Part shown: positions 59,113-64,000 of the stretch, piece after piece
Layout of the letters: the number at the start of each line of letters is the position of its first letter
Numbering within the stretch: the first letter of the stretch is position 1
NCBI GenBank assembly: GCA_034439715.1
Contig: JAWXAY010000029.1
Location: 32,001-96,000 of the forward strand
DNA length: 64,000 nt
Direction of reading: 5' to 3'
Source: Pseudomonadota bacterium
GTDB taxonomy: Bacteria; Bdellovibrionota; Bdellovibrionia; Bdellovibrionales; SG-bin7
The notes under the pieces: model-generated
The model's input: the letters and a program-made list of their open reading frames with translations, nothing else
What the model was told of the DNA's origin: nothing
The model's database searches: none
Made by a program: the position numbers and the translations under genes

Positions 59113-59666
59113 TACAGACTGGGTTTACCAACTGTGGTAGCGACTGGCAAGCCAGAAGGTTTAGCTTCTTCTCTTAATTCAGCCTTGAGTTCAATCTTTT
59201 GATCGACCTTAGGGTCTTCTTGTGGCTCTTCACGCTTGGCTTTTTTACCGGGAACGAGTGCCGATCCCATATCGAGGAAATCTCCAACCATGATGCCCTC
59301 AAACTCCAGAATAGGTAGCCCCACTCGGTCAATGGAACTATAGAGGCGTCCCACGCTAAACTCATTCTCGACATGAATGATTTGAATTCGGGCAACGGGA
59401 TTGGTCAGTAATCCTTGCGATTTATTTTTTAAGGTGTCGTGAACCGGGAGGTTTCTGACCACAGTAATGACCATCCCCTTTTGTAGACCCTGTTGAGATC
59501 CACCGGTGACATAGTAATCTTTATAGACAATATCTTCAGACGTTAACGGAATGTTTTTTTGCACTTCAAATACTGAAACTTCGCTAGCGCCAGCGGATGT
59601 CCCCGCAGGTAATTGCAGAACAATCACGAGGCTCAGTGAAAAAAATCCTTTTAAATATAACGACAT
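59112..59666 (-). CDS. exported protein with FlgT C-terminal-like beta domain
   Basis: YYVTGGSQQGLQKGMVITVVR...VARIQIIHV..EFSVGR; ATG 59666 after GAGGGG. Confidence 0.6.
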   Translation of the reverse strand: MSLYLKGFFSLSLVIVLQLPAGTSAGASEVSVFEVQKNIPLTSEDIVYKDYYVTGGSQQGLQKGMVITVVRNLPVHDTLKNKSQGLLTNPVARIQIIHVENEFSVGRLYSSIDRVGLPILEFEGIMVGDFLDMGSALVPGKKAKREEPQEDPKVDQKIELKAELREEAKPSGLPVATTVGKPSL

Positions 59667-59733
59667 GACAGACCCCCTCTTTCCTTGGTCTATCACCTTC
59701 CTGGTAATTTCTTGTCCAATCCTTGGTAACAAT

Positions 59734-59761
59734 TTCTCGGTTGTCCCTACCTGAGACTTTA
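59734..59761 (-). promoter_or_regulatory. sigma28-like promoter
   Basis: TAAA-N16-ACCGAGAA; leader contains a CCAA-GGA-TTGG hairpin (59716-59726). Confidence 0.5.
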
Positions 59762-59763
59762 TC

Positions 59764-61554
59764 TCAAAATCTAAAACTGGCCGTAGGCCCGAAGTTTAAT
59801 TTTCGATAGTTCCTAACCGGAATTTGAACACGCAGTGTTTTACCATTTCTTTCGATCTCAAGGTCTACTCTGGCGCTTTGGCCTAACTGAGCCACCCGTT
59901 GACCTAAATCCCAAGCTGAAAGGATGACCCTTCCGTTCAGCGTTTTAATCACATCCCCAACCTTTAGCCCCAGGTGGGAGATTTGCTGGCGACTTAGTCC
60001 GCTATCAAAATCGATTACTTTCGGACTTCCACCAGCATCAAAAACATGTAGGCCCAGGTCGGGGGAGTTAGACACCGAAAAGTTAAGACCCCTCATCCTC
60101 AACATTTCTCCCATATCTAATTCTTTAGTGGACAACAAATTCTTGACAAAAAAATCTTTTACTTCTCGGCCCATGACCTCATAAATTGTGGAAAAAATTA
60201 TTTCTAACGAAATTTCACGATTATTAATTCCATGCCGATTCCAAAGCAAACTTAAGACGTCCTTAAAGGTCTTTTTTGACCCTAGTTCTAGGGCCATGCC
60301 ATCCATTGCCATCGCCAACAAAGTCGTCTTGCGATAAATGATATCTTCTTTTTGTACTTTCCGTAACGAACTCGAAGTGTCTTCCCACAGACTTTTACTC
60401 GCATCTAGAATTGATACTGATCTCACTGCATCTTGGTTCCAATAGGATTTTTCAATCAAAAATCGAAAAACTTTATTGACGGAACTTTCAGATAACACGC
60501 CGGAATCCAATAGGCTCTTATAGGCCATATAATCGGTGGTACCCTCATAGAACCAAGCCATATTATCTTCGCCCCCATCGAACTCCCAATCAAAACTGTG
60601 AAAAAATTCATGTGCAGCCACATAGAGTGCACGCTCCAAAAATTCTTCTTTGCTTAAATTTCGCATTACCAAAGAATAAGTAGAGTCATGTAAACTCTCA
60701 CCGCCACCTGACCAGCCGGTTATTTCAATTTCTTCGGGGTAAGTATCCACCACCATACTTAAATGTTTGCGATTGTGAGCGCCCATTGACTTTAGCTGCC
60801 AGCTTATAGGAGCTTCCATCGCCTTGAAAAAATCATTGAAGCCCATCTCCCAATCGCCACCTCTAAGCACCTCAAGTCTCACGCCCGAAATCATTGCTTC
60901 TTTTCTTTCCCAATTTCCGACTGCGTAAACGTTGTTATTAATTGCTTCTTTTCTTTCACTAGCTTCAATTTCCTCGCCAATACCACAGATGTTATCTTCT
61001 ACTTGTACTGAGGGGCAAAAAACCTTCCAGCCCTCGGGTAATTCAAAGCGAATCTGAATATTTTCAAAATCACTAGGCAATTGAGCAATCTGAACAAACG
61101 TTTGCATACCTTTTATCGCCGCATGATCTTTTTGAATAATATTAAAAGCAGAGCTTAATTTCCAATATTCCTTGTAGTCGGGAGGACTAACTACGTATTT
61201 TATTTCGAGGGTGCCGGGCTCGATCTCGAGAGCTTCGTATGTCACGCTGGGAACTTTACCTGAAGCGGCAAAAAGATTTACCTTCCGCGACTTGCCGTTG
61301 GTTTTGACATCTACCTGAGAAATTAATTTTGAAAGATCTTCAGCTGTCCCAAAATTAGTGGGCATCATAAATTTGATTTTTGAGTCTCGCCATCCTTCGA
61401 TCACGATCCTGACGTTCACGCGCCTTTCTGGAAAAGCTGAAACACCAACGACATACTCAATGTTGAAAGCCTGACTGGCCAAAGAAAAAACCAAGGAAAA
61501 GCCCAAAGAAAAGAATGATGGTAGGCTTGCGGTAATTTTCAAAAAATCCTCCAT
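59764..61554 (-). CDS. M61 family metallopeptidase with C-terminal PDZ domain
   Basis: AHEFFH, WFYEGTTDY, GLKVGDVIKTLNG. Confidence 0.88.
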   Translation of the reverse strand: MEDFLKITASLPSFFSLGFSLVFSLASQAFNIEYVVGVSAFPERRVNVRIVIEGWRDSKIKFMMPTNFGTAEDLSKLISQVDVKTNGKSRKVNLFAASGKVPSVTYEALEIEPGTLEIKYVVSPPDYKEYWKLSSAFNIIQKDHAAIKGMQTFVQIAQLPSDFENIQIRFELPEGWKVFCPSVQVEDNICGIGEEIEASERKEAINNNVYAVGNWERKEAMISGVRLEVLRGGDWEMGFNDFFKAMEAPISWQLKSMGAHNRKHLSMVVDTYPEEIEITGWSGGGESLHDSTYSLVMRNLSKEEFLERALYVAAHEFFHSFDWEFDGGEDNMAWFYEGTTDYMAYKSLLDSGVLSESSVNKVFRFLIEKSYWNQDAVRSVSILDASKSLWEDTSSSLRKVQKEDIIYRKTTLLAMAMDGMALELGSKKTFKDVLSLLWNRHGINNREISLEIIFSTIYEVMGREVKDFFVKNLLSTKELDMGEMLRMRGLNFSVSNSPDLGLHVFDAGGSPKVIDFDSGLSRQQISHLGLKVGDVIKTLNGRVILSAWDLGQRVAQLGQSARVDLEIERNGKTLRVQIPVRNYRKLNFGPTASFRF

Positions 61555-61868
61555 TCCCTAACTTAACAGAATTAACGCGCCACTCCAATAAATTGGGAGG
61601 GCCGAATTTTTCGTGTATAATTTTCAAACTAAGAGATGCGTTCTGACACCATGTTTTTGTCATTTGCTAACTAGTTGCCACTAAAGGTTAAAATCGGTAC
61701 TGATAATTTTTTTTTATTCACTGCATCAAGTATGCTAATTATATATATATTTCAATTTTTAGAGAGAATTAATAGGCATCCTAGAGGTTCGGCACGAATA
61801 TTCCATAGTACTTCAGCGAGAACCAAAAAAGGGACATTAAGTTACCATTAAAATTTAGAGGGGGGAAA

Positions 61869-62360
61869 ATGAGATATTTATTAGTTTTATGCTTTTTAGT
61901 CGCTGGAGTTTTCGGTCAAGCCGAAGACATTGCCATAAGCTTGGATTCATTGAGGCCTGCCGAAGAGATCGATTTAGAGCTTGAAGCAATTGATGAAGAA
62001 AATTTAGAAGAAAACTCAGAAGAGGATTCAGAAGTAGGTTTATCGATAAGCACCTTTGATCGACGACGTCCACCGCCACCACCACGTCGGTATCCACGGC
62101 CTACTCCGTATCCACGACCTATCCCATATCCGCGGCCTACGCCTTATCCACGGCCTATGCCCTATCCGCAACCTGCACCTTACCCACGTCCCGTGCCTTA
62201 TCCGCGACCCAGCGCCACTGTTGTTTGTCATGCGACCGACGATTACGGGCGAATCTACACGGCAACGGCATATTATGCGAGCGATGCTCAAAGGTATGCA
62301 ATGAATGAGTGCCTAAGCCACTCTTACTATTGTTATGAGAGAGGCTGTAACTACTACTAA
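61869..62360 (+). CDS. secreted protein: acidic segment, Pro/Arg/Tyr repeats and Cys-rich C-terminus
   Basis: Signal peptide; GAGGGGG RBS; own terminator. Confidence 0.8.
   Translation: MRYLLVLCFLVAGVFGQAEDIAISLDSLRPAEEIDLELEAIDEENLEENSEEDSEVGLSISTFDRRRPPPPPRRYPRPTPYPRPIPYPRPTPYPRPMPYPQPAPYPRPVPYPRPSATVVCHATDDYGRIYTATAYYASDAQRYAMNECLSHSYYCYERGCNYY
62091..62210 (+). repeat. 18-bp coding tandem repeat, YP(R/Q)PxP x about 7
   Basis: Synonymously diverged units, e.g. TATCCACGGCCTACTCCG / TATCCACGACCTATCCCA. Confidence 0.9.
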
Positions 62361-62403
62361 GTCGGTGCAGCTAGTGCGGAATGTAAATAATGTAAGTATA
62401 GAG

Positions 62404-62431
62404 GGCGAGTGTTAACCACTCGCCTTTTTTT
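62404..62431 (+). terminator. intrinsic terminator
   Basis: GGCGAGTG-ttaac-CACTCGCC-T7. Confidence 0.85.
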
Positions 62432-62440
62432 ATTAAGGGA

Positions 62441-62962
62441 CTATAAGCTTGCAACAGGTAATCGTACTGCGACACCTGTGTCCATGGCTTTACTTTTAAT
62501 TGCCTGAGGCGGCGTTTGAACCACTCGTTGTTGAAGCGCCGCAAATATTGGTTCACGAATCGCCAAACTATTATCTTGTAAAACACACTGGCGGCCGAAT
62601 CGCTTTTTACTATTAATAATGACAGGTGCTTTAAGATTGGCGGTCATTTGTCTGGGATCATTGGGAATAGTGATTATACAAAACGTGTGAAATTTTTCGC
62701 CAGCAACCATTTGTAATGCATCATAGTCTCGACGATTAAACTGTATATTATATTTAGCAGCTAAAAATAGTTCGGGTTCTAAAACAGGAAATGCAATTGC
62801 AGGTGATTCACAACTCTGTAGCCAAGCAAAAATCTCATCGGTGGGATCGTCTAATAAAACAAATTTGCGTAAAGAGGCAAAACCAAGAATTCCTTCAGAA
62901 AACTCAATTATGTCTTCTGAATTAAGCTCTACTGTTCCAAACCGTGAAGTTTGAATCTGCAT
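62441..62962 (-). CDS. fliW: flagellar assembly factor, CsrA antagonist
   Basis: TSRFG, GILGF, WLQS, TANLKAPVIIN. Confidence 0.95.
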   Translation of the reverse strand: MQIQTSRFGTVELNSEDIIEFSEGILGFASLRKFVLLDDPTDEIFAWLQSCESPAIAFPVLEPELFLAAKYNIQFNRRDYDALQMVAGEKFHTFCIITIPNDPRQMTANLKAPVIINSKKRFGRQCVLQDNSLAIREPIFAALQQRVVQTPPQAIKSKAMDTGVAVRLPVASL

Positions 62963-63106
62963 TTATTCTCTCCCTCTAAAGCCAATTTAAAGTCCCACTA
63001 ACTATTGACACGCTTAATCTTTAGATCAGTTAGTCCAACATCTGTCTTTAAGCTTGAACTCAGGGCTTAGGTCAGGTCAACGATATTTTGAAATTTAGAT
63101 TTAAGA

Positions 63107-63343
63107 TCAGTTAGATTCTTTTTTGAGCAACTGATTTACAGCCCGCGTCCTGTCGGATGGCGCGTTAACAGACTCTTGGTTTTGAGCCTGAATTGCTACA
63201 TACACTTCTTCACGATGGATCTTCGTGTCTTTTGGGGCCTCTATGCCTAGGCGGACTTGCTTACCTTTGATCTGTACCACTCGGATTTTAATATGGTCAT
63301 CGATGGCAATGCTTTCACCGAGTTTTCTTGTAAGGACCAGCAT
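63107..63343 (-). CDS. csrA: carbon storage regulator
   Basis: [14 protein letters not shown]...[16 protein letters not shown]. Confidence 0.97.
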   Translation of the reverse strand: MLVLTRKLGESIAIDDHIKIRVVQIKGKQVRLGIEAPKDTKIHREEVYVAIQAQNQESVNAPSDRTRAVNQLLKKESN

Positions 63344-63400
63344 AGCATCTCCTTCGCTTCTGGTTTAGACACACGTCTCAAATATTAAATGCTTAACCAC

Positions 63401-63428
63401 TTAACGGACATCTTGTAAAAGAGCTTTA
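63401..63428 (-). promoter_or_regulatory. sigma28-like promoter upstream of csrA
   Basis: TAAA-N16-TCCGTTAA. Confidence 0.45.
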
Positions 63429-63438
63429 GCTATTATTT

Positions 63439-64000
63439 CTACCTAAGAAAGTCAAGTAGACTTGGCTGCATCATCTTGTTGGAAGTCGCAAGTGTGGCCT
63501 TTAGTGTGGTTTCGTTCTTATTTACATCTGAGACTGATTTAAAGGCATCTTCATCTTCCAGTTGAGAAATTGACGATTTTGTTTCAACTTTCACTTTGCC
63601 TAAAGATTCTGTCGCAGAATTTAAGTTCATTAGCCTAGACCCTAGCTCTGATCTAATTAGCGTGACTTGATTGTGAGCATCGTCAATTTCATCCAGTGTG
63701 ATTTGTAGTGAGAGTTTATCATCGGCTTCAAGCGATAATTCAATTTTTCGTAAGAGTCCAAATAAATTAATTCCCTGTTTGTTGGGGTTGGGTCCCGGCC
63801 CACCACGTGGAGAAGAGGCGGCGAATTTAATGTCCTCTTCAACACTCGCAGGCCCCCGTTGATTGGCACCACTCCCAGTGGACTCGTGACTTTGTGGGAC
63901 TTCGGACTCTAATGTTGTTCCTGGCTTTGTGCCAGGGCGAGGTTCGGGTTGGGGCTGTACTAAGCTGCCAATGTCTTTTCCTAAAAATATTCGGCTGCCA
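63439..64000 (-). CDS. flgL: flagellar hook-associated protein 3, C-terminal part (runs off the window)
   Basis: Frame translated by hand is open to the window end; RSELGSR...SQLEDED...LKATL...QPSLLDFLR; upstream of csrA-fliW. Confidence 0.92.
   Translation of the reverse strand, partial: GSRIFLGKDIGSLVQPQPEPRPGTKPGTTLESEVPQSHESTGSGANQRGPASVEEDIKFAASSPRGGPGPNPNKQGINLFGLLRKIELSLEADDKLSLQITLDEIDDAHNQVTLIRSELGSRLMNLNSATESLGKVKVETKSSISQLEDEDAFKSVSDVNKNETTLKATLATSNKMMQPSLLDFLR

Noticed and set aside
61790..61805. CGGCAC-GAATA-TTCCA as a sigma54 promoter for the Pro-rich gene
   Set aside because: The conserved -12 GC is replaced by CC; too weak to call
62091..62210. Tandem repeat as a CRISPR array or contingency locus
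   Set aside because: No spacers; the in-frame 18-bp units are synonymously diverged, so it is a protein repeat
316..62586. Many 60-190 aa antisense or alternative-frame ORFs in the track
   Set aside because: Almost all are nested in or overlap well-supported genes and have no RBS or motif support
63657..63872. 71-aa ORF suggesting a flgL frameshift
   Set aside because: The flgL frame is open without stops to the window end; this ORF is an alternative-frame shadow

Overview
64-kb chromosomal window, most likely from a Bdellovibrionota-type bacterium. This is inferred from four short 275-277 aa flagellins, a Zn-finger/histone-fold fusion of the Bd3044 type, and the gene context. Contents in order: (i) a surface-glycan locus at 1.8-17.9 kb (GT2/GT4 enzymes, LtaS-like transferase plus GDPD, ABC exporter, galE) with four SAM methyltransferases, each placed divergently from a minus-strand glycan gene; (ii) core genes smpB-rsmA-tsaD-cpoB-pal and an outer-membrane peptidase/propeller/barrel protein; (iii) a small accessory islet (AAA/DUF4143-type ATPase, 5'-truncated putative toxin plus partner) bounded by a 198-bp degenerate palindrome; (iv) aminotransferase-coaD-rsmD, a two-component pair and a sigma54-driven flagellum-linked GT9 operon; (v) fliS-fliD-flaG and four flagellins, each with a sigma28-like promoter, and CsrA-type GGA hairpins in several leaders; (vi) a toxin-antitoxin pair fused in frame by a 1-bp loss; (vii) a prmA-rsmE-RDD-rfaE2 operon containing a ZZ-type bacterial histone; (viii) an M61 peptidase, a secreted Pro/Arg-repeat protein, and fliW-csrA-flgL. 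No tRNA, rRNA, CRISPR array or intact transposase was recognised. All family calls come from reading motifs by eye, without database searches.
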